This document shows, in pieces, positions 1-10,700 of a stretch of 64,000 nt of DNA. Source of the stretch: a virus (Duplodnaviria > Caudoviricetes); the IMG/VR virus record IMGVR_UViG_3300037067_018912, positions 128,001 through 192,000 of that record; one strand, given 5' to 3'. Under the pieces are notes generated by a model that had not been told where the DNA came from, did no database searches, and saw only the letters and a program-made list of their open reading frames with translations. Every line of letters starts with the position of its first letter. Position 1 is the stretch's first letter. Made by a program: the position numbers and the translations under genes.

Positions 1-1151
1 GCCGGGGCAAGTTGCGGGAATGCGGCGAATTGCCATGTATCCCCCAGGCTGTTTCCGGTGGGGTTAACAAACGACACTTCGATTCCACTGTCGATCACCG
101 TAGTCCCGGTGGTCGCACTTAATGGTGATGACCAAACCCCGTAAGATGAACCGAGATTGATCGACCTTCTCCAAATATATGTATCAGTTATTCCGGTGAT
201 GCTATCAATCTTTACTTGGTACACCCCAATGAAATTCTTGTCATACTTTCCGCTTATTACAAGATTCGCATATGCACTATAAGATGAGCCTGTAATCAAC
301 ACTGGAGGATAATTGATATTATTTGTGACACTATTGACACCGATCCTGCCACTTTCAGACACGGTCAATGTGGACAAGCCGCCCTCTTCATTATACAAGT
401 ACCAGAATTGCCCGTTCTCACACCTGCACGTCTTGGCATGCCATTTCGGATTACCGGATTCCGCCCAAGAAAGTATCTTATCCCCATTAGCAACACCGTC
501 AAGTGTAATACCGTTCCTGTGGCCGAGTTCTGATGTGTCCGTCCCGTACACATGTATGATATCATTAGGAGTTGCAGTCCCGAATCCTGTGAAACCACTA
601 ATAGTATCAATAGTAATTATTGGTGTAATGCCATCGGCTTTATTAACCGTTATTTCAGACGCAGTCCCACCGGACGGTCTGATCTCGTTGACCACAATGC
701 CACCATTAAAACTGCTTTCAACAGTAGTTGTCGCATTAATCTCAGTCACTTCCTGCAGACCCATGTTCGCTGTGATACCTGTGATATCACTTTCTATCGA
801 ATCCAACCTGCTATCGGTTGCTGCTGTGTATGAAACATAGTCAGTGATGTTCAATTTGGTGTCAGTGACAGCGGAAAGGTAGAGCACCTCACCATAATCA
901 GCAAAATCGGTTGTGATTTTCGGGGAAATATGTCTCTCCCAAGAAGCGATCCACGCCTCACTATTCGGCACAAGAACACCCGTGCTACCGCTTATGCCAG
1001 TTGCCTTCCAATAATACAACGGCTGTATTGAAGGAATATAAGAGTTTGAATATATTTCATTCTCGTTCGCCCCCGTCATTCCTGACACCGGACTCTCCCT
1101 TACGACAGTGTTGTCATAATCAATTCTATAAATTAAATATCTGAACACCAT
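1..1151 (-). CDS. Virion structural / tail-fibre-associated protein (partial, runs off the window start)
   Basis: Absent from the ORF track. Manual translation from ATG at 1151 (MVFRYLIYRIDYDNTVVRESPVSG...) stays open to the window edge. Ser/Thr/Gly-rich, with a fibre-like 'FTGFGTATPNDIIHVYG' motif. Confidence 0.65.
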   Translation of the reverse strand, partial: MVFRYLIYRIDYDNTVVRESPVSGMTGANENEIYSNSYIPSIQPLYYWKATGISGSTGVLVPNSEAWIASWERHISPKITTDFADYGEVLYLSAVTDTKLNITDYVSYTAATDSRLDSIESDITGITANMGLQEVTEINATTTVESSFNGGIVVNEIRPSGGTASEITVNKADGITPIITIDTISGFTGFGTATPNDIIHVYGTDTSELGHRNGITLDGVANGDKILSWAESGNPKWHAKTCRCENGQFWYLYNEEGGLSTLTVSESGRIGVNSVTNNINYPPVLITGSSYSAYANLVISGKYDKNFIGVYQVKIDSITGITDTYIWRRSINLGSSYGVWSSPLSATTGTTVIDSGIEVSFVNPTGNSLGDTWQFAAFPQLAP

Positions 1152-1158
1152 TTATTTA

Positions 1159-3153
1159 TTATATTTTATTCATCATTATCCATGACCCATCAGGTTTCGT
1201 CAACATCACCCCGGCATCCCCCATCCGGAAAGCGAATAATTCCACATAATCCCCACTTGACAAGATTGTCCTGTATGTCGGCATTATATTCGTCCCACTC
1301 TTATTCATAATGTTGATCGCAAGTGACGTGCTCGATGTTGGGGTTATATCGATCCCACCATTCTTCCTTACCACAGTTCCAACATTCTTCGAAGACCCAC
1401 TTTGACTATAAACATTCAAGACATAACTGATGCCATATACTCCAGTCTCCGTCACATAAATACGTGATCCCCCGGTGTAATTAAAACTTGAACCCGTATA
1501 TTCCTGCGTCGTCCAATTTATTGACACCCCCGATATAAGATTAGCGTCCGTTCCGCCACTTACATCTTTCAATTGGATCACCTTTTGAACGGTTGATATG
1601 GTGGTCGCCGTATATGCTGTAAATTGTGCAACTGTGGTGAATCCTGTGATCTGGCTCATTGTATAATGAATACCAGTATTACCTGTATGTGACGCAAAAT
1701 CAGATTGAAGAGTCAGATTCGGCTTGCCTGTGATGTCAATCCATGCCACAGTCGATCCACTTGGAACAACCGAATAAATCGTAACAACATTTCCATTTTG
1801 GAATATCTGCGTCCCGCCTGATTCAATAAAAGTGTATCCGGTGAACCCACCAGTACTACCTGTCGGTGTTGGTGAATAAATCGTAACATAATCTCCATTG
1901 ACCGATATCACCGTAGCACCCGATTGAATGAACGTGTGCCCCGTGAAAAGTTCTGGCAAATTAGTTATAGAACCGCCAGTATAACTATGAGTATGCCCGG
2001 TCAGACTGTATTGAGGATGTGTATGTCCCGTACTCGATTTACCCGCAAGATCAGAAACCAAATTGACAACTTGTAATTGGTTGATCGTTATTGCTGATTG
2101 CACATAATGTATAGTCGTATCCCCCGTATGGATAGAAAAATCAGATTGAAGAGTTAGATTCGGCTTACCTGTGATGTCAATCCACGCCACAGTGCTCCCG
2201 CTTGGAACAACCGAATAAATCGTAACAACATTTCCATTTTGGAATATCTGCGTCCCGCCTGATTCAATAAAAGTGTATCCAGTAAATGTCGATCCACTGT
2301 ATGCAGTAAATGCAGATATTGTAAGATATTGGCCATGCGTGTGTCCCGTATTACTCTTACCCGCCAAATCAGATACCAAATTAAGAACCTGACTTTCGGT
2401 TATTGTAATCGCCGATTGTTGGTAATGTATTGCCGTATCACCCGTATGAACAGAGAAATCAGATTGTAAAGTCAGGTTTGGCTTGCTTGTGACATCATTC
2501 CACGTTACACCTGTCAGATATTGACTATGGGTGTGCCCGGTGAGTGAATATTGTGAATGCGTGTGTCCTGTCAGACTGTATTGGTCGTGTTCATGTCCTT
2601 CTTCGAACTGTTGGAGGGTTGTACCTGTCAACCAAGCGGGTTTGCCTGTGAGAGTGCCCCATGTAGCCGTAGAACCCGTCGCCGGGATTGAATATATCGT
2701 AACATAATTCCCATTGACGCTTATCTGTGTCGAACCACTTGCAATAAAAGTATAACCCGTAAAACCCCCTGTAGCACCAGTTGGAGAATAAATGACAACC
2801 GTGTTGCCACTCCCCACACTGATTAACGTACCGCCACTCGGTATGAAAGTATAATAATTAACGATTGTTTGACCGCTATCTCCTTTCGCTCCGGTCGCTC
2901 CACTAACACCAGGAATGCCTTGATCTCCTTGTGCTCCAGTTGCACCACTCGGAGTATAAATGGATATTATTTGGGTCTGGCCGCTGTATGATGTTGTGAC
3001 AACAGTTGGAGACACACCGGAGAACACGGTTAATCCTGAATAGATTACCGTCGTTACTCCCGATGCACCGGGATCACCCTTATCGCCTTTGAGTCCAGAA
3101 AAGGAGAAAATATACTCCTGTCCTGTTAATAAATCCAATGTGAATGTTGCCAT
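1159..3153 (-). CDS. Collagen-like, HxH-repeat fibre protein with probable C-terminal C1q/BclA-like beta domain
   Basis: Gly-X-Y runs (GLKGDKGDPGASG, GAQGDQGIPGVSGATGAKGDSG), repeated GHTHSQY motifs, internal duplications and a beta-rich C-terminus. Confidence 0.7.
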   Translation of the reverse strand: MATFTLDLLTGQEYIFSFSGLKGDKGDPGASGVTTVIYSGLTVFSGVSPTVVTTSYSGQTQIISIYTPSGATGAQGDQGIPGVSGATGAKGDSGQTIVNYYTFIPSGGTLISVGSGNTVVIYSPTGATGGFTGYTFIASGSTQISVNGNYVTIYSIPATGSTATWGTLTGKPAWLTGTTLQQFEEGHEHDQYSLTGHTHSQYSLTGHTHSQYLTGVTWNDVTSKPNLTLQSDFSVHTGDTAIHYQQSAITITESQVLNLVSDLAGKSNTGHTHGQYLTISAFTAYSGSTFTGYTFIESGGTQIFQNGNVVTIYSVVPSGSTVAWIDITGKPNLTLQSDFSIHTGDTTIHYVQSAITINQLQVVNLVSDLAGKSSTGHTHPQYSLTGHTHSYTGGSITNLPELFTGHTFIQSGATVISVNGDYVTIYSPTPTGSTGGFTGYTFIESGGTQIFQNGNVVTIYSVVPSGSTVAWIDITGKPNLTLQSDFASHTGNTGIHYTMSQITGFTTVAQFTAYTATTISTVQKVIQLKDVSGGTDANLISGVSINWTTQEYTGSSFNYTGGSRIYVTETGVYGISYVLNVYSQSGSSKNVGTVVRKNGGIDITPTSSTSLAINIMNKSGTNIMPTYRTILSSGDYVELFAFRMGDAGVMLTKPDGSWIMMNKI
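1696..2280. repeat. Intragenic ~144-bp near-identical direct repeat (1696-1839 and 2137-2280)
   Basis: Both copies encode FTGYTFIESGGTQIFQNGNVVTIYSVVPSGSTVAWIDITGKPNLTLQSDF. The offset is 441 bp, in frame. Confidence 0.85.
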
Positions 3154-3238
3154 TAAATAGACTTTTAGATAAATACTAAAAGAAAGTAAAATAACGGCGG
3201 ATGTAAAATGAAGAAGAGGAAATTTTTAAGAAGAGTGC

Positions 3239-3487
3239 TTACATCTCGTAAATGTACAATGCCCTATCGTCCCACACGAATTCAAAATCTTGGTCACCAT
3301 CCGGGAAGCCAAAATGCCAAACCGTACCATCTTTCCAAATTTTCTTGATCCTCCAATGTGAGGCAGCAGTATTACTTGTATTTTTTGAGACCCCGATGTA
3401 AAATTCTGTAGCCGACACCTCGTCGACCAGCATCACCGGGTCGATTTTGTGCATATCAACGTTTATATCTGAAGTGTAGTAACTCAT
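3239..3487 (-). CDS. Small hypothetical virion-associated protein (82 aa)
   Basis: Clean ORF with its own upstream GTATTTAT motif, located among fibre genes. Confidence 0.6.
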   Translation of the reverse strand: MSYYTSDINVDMHKIDPVMLVDEVSATEFYIGVSKNTSNTAASHWRIKKIWKDGTVWHFGFPDGDQDFEFVWDDRALYIYEM

Positions 3488-3518
3488 GACCTACTTTTTC
3501 TATAAATACTTGAATGTT

Positions 3519-5804
3519 TTAATATGTTATGTTGTACCTAACATATCTGTAATTCAAATTAGTGGAACTGATTTTTGCGTTCTCAATCCAATACACCTTC
3601 TGCTTGGAATCCCAAGGAGTATTCGTTCCCAATCCGTCGTAATCCGTACCAACGGCAAGATTATTTACTTCCTCCTCAGTCAAATCCCAACCCGTTGAAC
3701 TCCCAGAATACGTTCCTAAATCACCAAGGGTTTCCGATGTACCTGTAACGGCTTCACCAATGTTTGAAAAATTTATCGTTACTGTATATATATACGTAAA
3801 ATATTTCCGATACGTAAACAAATAATTAATAAAAGCGTTTGACCCCACAATATTTGGACAATTATAAACATAGAACTGTGCTAAACCACTTGAAAGTGTT
3901 ACCCCCGACAAACTACCCGTCAAATTAGAACAATTATTCATTTGAATCACATATCCCCTCGTTAAAAAATTAAAATCAGTTGCTATGTTGCTATTTATAC
4001 CTGTATTATGAGTATACAAATACTGTACGTTATTATGTTTCAACGCCCCCGTTAATCCGGTACAACTATGAATATCTAAATAATAAATATCATTAACATC
4101 CCAATTAATTAAATTTCCTGTTAAATGTGGATTTGAACTCATAGTCAAATAACTCAATATTGTTGTTCCTGTAATCCAATTAGATATATTACCATACATA
4201 CTACCACAATTATCTATCGCAAGCGAATTCACTTTTGACGGGTTCAAATTCGATAAATCTGCATTAATATTCGTATTCCTCAAATAAACTGTTGACATAT
4301 TATTATCAAAAATTAAATTTGATAAATTTCCTGTAATACCACTAATACTTTCAAAAGAAAAAACGGTTAAATTCTTTGTATGAAAAACGCCGTTATCAAA
4401 ATTAACATACACATCCGTATTAGAAATATAGAAAGTATTTAATGAATTGGGTATTGACATATTAATAATATCGCCACTAATAGGATTAAGTTGTAAATAC
4501 AAAGTTTGGATTACATTGTTAAATGTTATTCCAGAAATGTTCCCGGTTATATCGTTGCTATTGAAATTTATATATGTTGTACCAGTGGGCACTACAAAAT
4601 TTCCAATATCCCCGGTTAAAGAACAATAATACATTTGTATTGTACTCAACTTATTGTTGAAATTAATGGTATTAATATCATCAACCAATAAAGGACAATA
4701 ACCAATATTTATAGAGTTCAAATTAGAATTAAACGTGACACCAGATATGGTTCTTAATGAATTCAAATAAGTAAATGCCATGCTATTCAATAATGGTGTA
4801 GTGGTAAAATCTTGCGGTATTGCTGTTATATTATATAAATGATCAAACCCTATTGAATTTAATGTATTTGGTAAAACCCAATTCGAAGTATCGCCAGAAA
4901 TATTATTATAATTTGAGTAACTGTCTATATATATTGTATCAATCTTAGTATCACTAAAATCCCAATCAGTTATATTACCCGTGAGATATCTATGATATAA
5001 ATAAAAATACGTTAAACCAGTATTAAATGTCCAATCAGTTATCGATCCAGTAATTCCAGGGGTATTATGTATTCTAAAATAAATATAATTTAATTGAGAA
5101 ACATCTAAAGTCGTCGCATTACCTGTGATCAGATTACTATCATACACCATCAAGTTATAAAGATTTGGATTGTTCTCAACAAGATCATTAAGATTACAAT
5201 TCAAATATGAAATTGCACTTAATTGAACCACACCCAAATTCTCAAAATCTATATTAGAAAGATTACCAGTAAAGTCACAATTCGTAAGATACAATCTTTC
5301 CAATTTTTCAAAATTTGTGATTGTATTAATATTACCGTATATTATCGGGTCATTCAGGTTCAATTCCCTTAATTTGCTTGGAAAACTACCATAACTAATA
5401 TTTTGATTGAAATATGACTGATTTATTATAAAACGGTTTAAATTAGGAAATTCATTTATAAGTTTAATGAAATCACCCCGGTAATAATAACCTGTGTATG
5501 GGTTATTGAAATAAAGATAATAAACGGCATTCAAATTGCCAGAAAAATAAAATTTTTTTTGACTGGTTTCGGTTGTTTGGGTATATTGTAAAAGATAACT
5601 TGAACTATTTGTAATAAACGAATTCTTTTGCAACCCCGTCGGTTTTGCAAAATACACTTTCAATGGATTTGTTGTACTCACTCCGCTAAATCCAATATAT
5701 AAATTATGATAATAATATGCATCGTTATTTATATAAGAATTAACAACTTGCGCCCTGAACACCTTGCCGTCATTCCACAAAACCCTGTCGTCGTTCTTTA
5801 ACAT
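3519..5804 (-). CDS. Leucine-rich-repeat protein, possible receptor-binding/adhesin
   Basis: About 22-25 aa repeats of the LxxLxLxxxxLTG(N/D)I type (e.g. LERLYLTNCDFTGNLSNI, LSTIQMYYCSLTGDIGNF). The DNA is visibly AT-richer than its flanks. Confidence 0.75.
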   Translation of the reverse strand: MLKNDDRVLWNDGKVFRAQVVNSYINNDAYYYHNLYIGFSGVSTTNPLKVYFAKPTGLQKNSFITNSSSYLLQYTQTTETSQKKFYFSGNLNAVYYLYFNNPYTGYYYRGDFIKLINEFPNLNRFIINQSYFNQNISYGSFPSKLRELNLNDPIIYGNINTITNFEKLERLYLTNCDFTGNLSNIDFENLGVVQLSAISYLNCNLNDLVENNPNLYNLMVYDSNLITGNATTLDVSQLNYIYFRIHNTPGITGSITDWTFNTGLTYFYLYHRYLTGNITDWDFSDTKIDTIYIDSYSNYNNISGDTSNWVLPNTLNSIGFDHLYNITAIPQDFTTTPLLNSMAFTYLNSLRTISGVTFNSNLNSINIGYCPLLVDDINTINFNNKLSTIQMYYCSLTGDIGNFVVPTGTTYINFNSNDITGNISGITFNNVIQTLYLQLNPISGDIINMSIPNSLNTFYISNTDVYVNFDNGVFHTKNLTVFSFESISGITGNLSNLIFDNNMSTVYLRNTNINADLSNLNPSKVNSLAIDNCGSMYGNISNWITGTTILSYLTMSSNPHLTGNLINWDVNDIYYLDIHSCTGLTGALKHNNVQYLYTHNTGINSNIATDFNFLTRGYVIQMNNCSNLTGSLSGVTLSSGLAQFYVYNCPNIVGSNAFINYLFTYRKYFTYIYTVTINFSNIGEAVTGTSETLGDLGTYSGSSTGWDLTEEEVNNLAVGTDYDGLGTNTPWDSKQKVYWIENAKISSTNLNYRYVRYNITY

Positions 5805-5813
5805 AATGGACTA

Positions 5814-7067
5814 TTAATAAATAAACCCTTCGGTCAATAAATTGGCACATAATGTTGCACACGCCGATGCGGACGATACCCTAAAATAAACCGTGCCTCC
5901 TGCTGTTGCGGGTGTACCTTTCTGAGTCACTTCCAAATCATATGTTTCATTCGTTAACACATTATCAATTACGACCGCTGGTGACAGGTTACAATACGTC
6001 GAAGCGACGTTCCCAACACTCACAGTGAAAGATGTCACCGGAGCATCCTGTCGGATAATCAATTTGAAACGATTGAATAAAACACATTTTCCCGTCGGAA
6101 TAGTCATTATCGCTGTATTTCCCACCGCATTTAATGGAATGTTTTGTGTGTAAACATAATTTGGCACGAGCGTACACACACCCAAATCGGTCATAAACAC
6201 CGATTGTGTAGGATATGCAAATTTTTGCCCGATGTATTGTAGACCAGTTATTGCATCTACCCATTCATCAATCACGGGAACTTCACAGACGCAATTACTT
6301 GTGGCATGTCCAATCCATGTATAACCACTTGTTATCGGCCTGTTGTATGATTCCTTAGACCAATATCCACTATCACAATATCTTAAATATACATCTTCCA
6401 GGCTTAAATTAACATTTATCGCCGTATCAGTACTGTCCTTGAAATTAGTGAATGTATAACTAAACACCCCACCCGCCGTCGGTTCGGGTTTAACCCATTG
6501 ATTCTGTTTCAAGTTTGAGGGTTCTGCTGATGATTGGGTTACTGTGCCTAAAAACCCACCCCCACCGCTTGAATAAATGATAGCAGTTCCCCCACTGTTT
6601 GTAATCGTCGTGCCTCCGCTTCCTAAAAGACTCCTAAATTGAAGCACCGTTCCACTCGTCCCGCTGTACAAACCTGCACCCGATCCGATGTTCTGCGCCG
6701 AAGTCACACTACCAACACCCCCTGTTGAATTGATTATAACAGTTTGGCCACTGGTCGTGACTATAGTGTTCCCACTACCATAAAGACTCCTGAGTTGAAG
6801 TATATTAACGAACTTACTGTCGAAGATTCCTGATCCTGAACCAACATTTTGTGCCGTGCTAACCCCGGTTATAACGCCTCCAGTTACACCGCTGATACGT
6901 ATTTGATCGCCTTGTTCGAACACCCATATACCCTCACCAATGGCACTTATACTTCTAAACCGGAGATTATTTGCTCCAGATTTGTTGATATAAACACCCG
7001 CTCCTCCACCAATATTTTGACCAGTGGTTGTATTGCCTACAAGGCTTATATTTGATCTATTTGTCAT
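5814..7067 (-). CDS. Fibre/virion decoration protein
   Basis: Three copies of the (A/G)QN(I/V)GxGxG(I/L/V)...L(Q/R)(F/L)RS module, which is shared with neighbouring fibre genes. Confidence 0.6.
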   Translation of the reverse strand: MTNRSNISLVGNTTTGQNIGGGAGVYINKSGANNLRFRSISAIGEGIWVFEQGDQIRISGVTGGVITGVSTAQNVGSGSGIFDSKFVNILQLRSLYGSGNTIVTTSGQTVIINSTGGVGSVTSAQNIGSGAGLYSGTSGTVLQFRSLLGSGGTTITNSGGTAIIYSSGGGGFLGTVTQSSAEPSNLKQNQWVKPEPTAGGVFSYTFTNFKDSTDTAINVNLSLEDVYLRYCDSGYWSKESYNRPITSGYTWIGHATSNCVCEVPVIDEWVDAITGLQYIGQKFAYPTQSVFMTDLGVCTLVPNYVYTQNIPLNAVGNTAIMTIPTGKCVLFNRFKLIIRQDAPVTSFTVSVGNVASTYCNLSPAVVIDNVLTNETYDLEVTQKGTPATAGGTVYFRVSSASACATLCANLLTEGFIY

Positions 7068-7083
7068 AATGTTTTAAAAATTT

Positions 7084-7683
7084 TTAACAAGTATAAATGG
7101 TGCAAGTTATTGGTGTTGCTGCTCTACAAAATAATCCTCTTGTCGGCAATACTGAAGTTATACAAACGAATGCACAGGAAATCCCCGTACCACCCGGTAT
7201 TGGATGTATAGAACAGATTTTAACACAAATCGTATCGCCAGCAACAACGGGGAAACTACATGAAAAACTGACCGCACCAAGAATGTTAGGTCTTGTACAA
7301 CTGTATACACCAACACCATTACAACATCCACAAGCAAATGATTGGCTTCCAGTACAAGTATTGGCACACAAACAATGACATATGGTAATAGTATAACATT
7401 GATCCGTGCTCATCGCCGGGTTCGAACAAATGCAATCCGTTCTACAAGTAGTTGCCGTTCCATTCGTACCAGCAACACTTATTTGGTTTAACCCAACTGC
7501 CTTATACGACGTTTCACGGCAGAAACTATAAAATTCGCTCATACAATGAGGTGCAGTTTTTCCTGCAATAATGCTTAAAACCGACAAACACTCCCTATCA
7601 CCGAGAACGGAGGCACAAATGCTTGAACACGTCTGCAATGTATTATTTAATATCGCTATACTACCCGATGCTGGCATTGGCAT
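7084..7683 (-). CDS. Cys-rich small virion protein (possible fibre-tip adhesin)
   Basis: N-terminus MPMPASGSIAI...CMSEFY resembles small phage fibre-associated proteins. Very high Cys content. Confidence 0.5.
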   Translation of the reverse strand: MPMPASGSIAILNNTLQTCSSICASVLGDRECLSVLSIIAGKTAPHCMSEFYSFCRETSYKAVGLNQISVAGTNGTATTCRTDCICSNPAMSTDQCYTITICHCLCANTCTGSQSFACGCCNGVGVYSCTRPNILGAVSFSCSFPVVAGDTICVKICSIHPIPGGTGISCAFVCITSVLPTRGLFCRAATPITCTIYTC

Positions 7684-7705
7684 GATTCATATCCTCCTTT
7701 ATATT

Positions 7706-10700
7706 TTATCCCGTTATTAATATTTTATAATTTATTCCCGTCGATGGTGCTGTATCAAATGTTATACAAACACAATTTGCATTCGTCCTTTGAACATTCG
7801 TATAAACTGTTGCATAAGGTGCGTCCGCTTGAACCAATTGTACCATAACAAATTGTTGATTACAACTGTGTGTCACACTAAACCCAGTCGTCAAACTGTT
7901 ACCACTTATCATATAAACCCCCACACCACCACCAATAGGCGTACTCCAAGAAGCAGTACCGTCAGCAGACGATGTCAACACACATCCTGCGGCAGCACCT
8001 GTTGTTATCTTGATCACAGGTGTCGAAATGTAACTCCCTTGTGGTTGGAAACACAATGGATATTGTGTTGCACCATCAAAAGAACCCGACTGCATGTACA
8101 TGACGCCGCTACCGATAAGACCCATATAAAGGCCATAATTTTCAGCGGCTTTCGAAATGCTGAAAGTGCTTGCTGATGCAGTCAATGTTACCGAATTGGG
8201 AACTCCGATTTTCAAACAACTATTGATTGTTTGTATTGAAGCACTTGTACATTTCAAAAACGTTGCGGGTGCTGTCGTACCCGTGTAGGTGATGAACACC
8301 GTCTTGGCGACATATGTGGCCGGAACGGTAGTGCCTGTGTAAGTATCGAATGCGGTTTTAATAACATATGTTGCAGGTGCAGTAGTACCCGTGTAAGTCG
8401 CCACTGAAGATTGTAAAGCATAAATACCATGCGTGTGACCGCTTGCAGAATAATACAACTTAGAAACGTATTCCGCCACGCCGCTTGCATTAAATGCGGC
8501 AAGCGTATCGTTGTTGCCGAGATGGCCACTGTCTGTCCAAGTCAAATTACTCAAATTGGCATGATTGGTGGTGCTGACACCCGCAACACTCAATGCGGAG
8601 AATTTGCTGCCCACAACATATGTGATGCCGTCCGTCGGTATCACCACCTTACCATAATTGGAATAACTGTTCGATGTTGAATAACTTATGCGAGCATAAA
8701 TCACGTATTCGGCACTCGCCGATGTCAGCGAACCAAGCCTCAATCCCCTCGTATCCTCCGCCTGCGCCCCGGCGAGTGTTGTATACGTCGCCTGCGGCGG
8801 CAGGAAGATCATCCTGTATTTCTGACTGTTGGAATCCGAAGTTGTTGGCACGAGAATCTGATAGGCATTGTAATAACGATTAGCAACACCTGCGGTCAAC
8901 GTTCCTGTCACCGGATCGTTGACATAGATATATGAATCATCTCCTACTGCAAGGAACGGGGCGGTGTTGGAGAACGTATAAACACTCGTGCCCGCACTGA
9001 TTCGCATAACGGTGTATCCACTCGTCTTCGGCCATGAGGCTATTGTCGATGTTAAATCTTCATCATCGAGAGATGCGGCATTAAAACTCGGAGTTATCCC
9101 TGCATTTGTCGCTGTGTTCGCCGTATAACTCCCAGAAGTTGCTTGTCCACCGGATTTCAAATATGTCCCAATGGTATTATGTAAAGTTTCATGAGCCTGC
9201 CAATCAAGCAGACCGTGGGTTTCACGAATTGCAAGCGACGCCGCCTCGGTCGCTTGGTAATAAATACCTGAAACCATTATATGATTAAATTCCCAAACAG
9301 ATTGACTCCACGTGAAACCTAATCCATCTGTCGAATACAAATACCAACGTCCCACTGTTGCCGTATGTGCACTTGAAGTCCAAGGACTCGTCAGAGTCCT
9401 CTTGACGCCTTTCCAATAGTAATCCAATGTGCCAGTCAGGGTTATAGTCCTGTTGGTGTAATTGTATGAAATGTTTATATTGCTTCCGTCCACGAAACCC
9501 GTCGGGTCTTGCATGTCGGTAGCCATTTGGAAAGGCAAGTACTTGCTTGCAAGACATGTGCCGTTTTCAATAAACACCGGACTTGTCGAATATGTGGTCG
9601 CTGATAATATCGGCGAACGCACACAAGTTGACCCTATTATGACCGGACTTATCATACATGTCGAACCACAAACAATCGGCGATGTCACACAAGTTGTACC
9701 ACTTAACAATGGAGATGTCACACAGGTACTTGCACAAATATTCCCCATAACGCCCAATCTTGTACCATTAAAAGTCAAATTGGGTTGTGAACAGATTGTA
9801 TTGGCGTCGATATATGTACCAATACCATTTGCTGTAGTCCCGTTCCATTCAATACCACTTGCATCATTTGCATTAATTGCTATATAATTACCACTGCATG
9901 TGAGGGTTACATTCGTTCCACCACTCAATGTCTTCAAATTCAACTTGTTGTTTGTGGTAGTGGTGTATATTGTGCCATTCCCCGTGCCTAAATTAGTCGC
10001 ACCCGTAATCGTGCCACCCGCAACATAACTTCCCAAATACGATTTATAGACCAAATCACAATCGTTATTTAACGCCACAGCACTGCCATATCTCGCCGTT
10101 CCACCAGAAAGAATAGTCAAAATTGCAGCATTATTCCTTATGAAACAGAAATTCCTGGTTTTATAATCCCCAAGAAATTTAAGGTTTTGTGAACTTGAAC
10201 TCTTACATTCGATCACCTCACAAAAAAATACAGTACCCGATGGATGATTCAATCGTGTTTCTTGTTCATATGACGCTGCACTGTTCTCCGTCTGAATGTG
10301 GAAATTACTGTTTGTAGCACCGAGTATATCACTTAACTTAAATTCAAGATAATTCGTGTCTTCAGAAGCAGCCAATAAAATTTTAGTTGTCGATGTCGGA
10401 AATAAATTAATACCACCATATGCTGTTCCACCACTATTAACCAATAACATATCAAATTCTGGTGCAACGGGATCGTGTTCCAAACGCATACAAGTATAAC
10501 CATTACCATCACAAACACCAAATATTGGTGTTACTGCAATAAGTGAAGATAATGCACTTCCTGTACAACCCAAATTAAATGCATAAGCACCACATATCGT
10601 CGTATTTCCAGTTAGCAAACCACCCAATGCAACATTCGGTCCTGAAAGATGTAAACCACTCTCCGCTCCAGTAACAGTACCTGTGGCCGTAGAGTTAATA

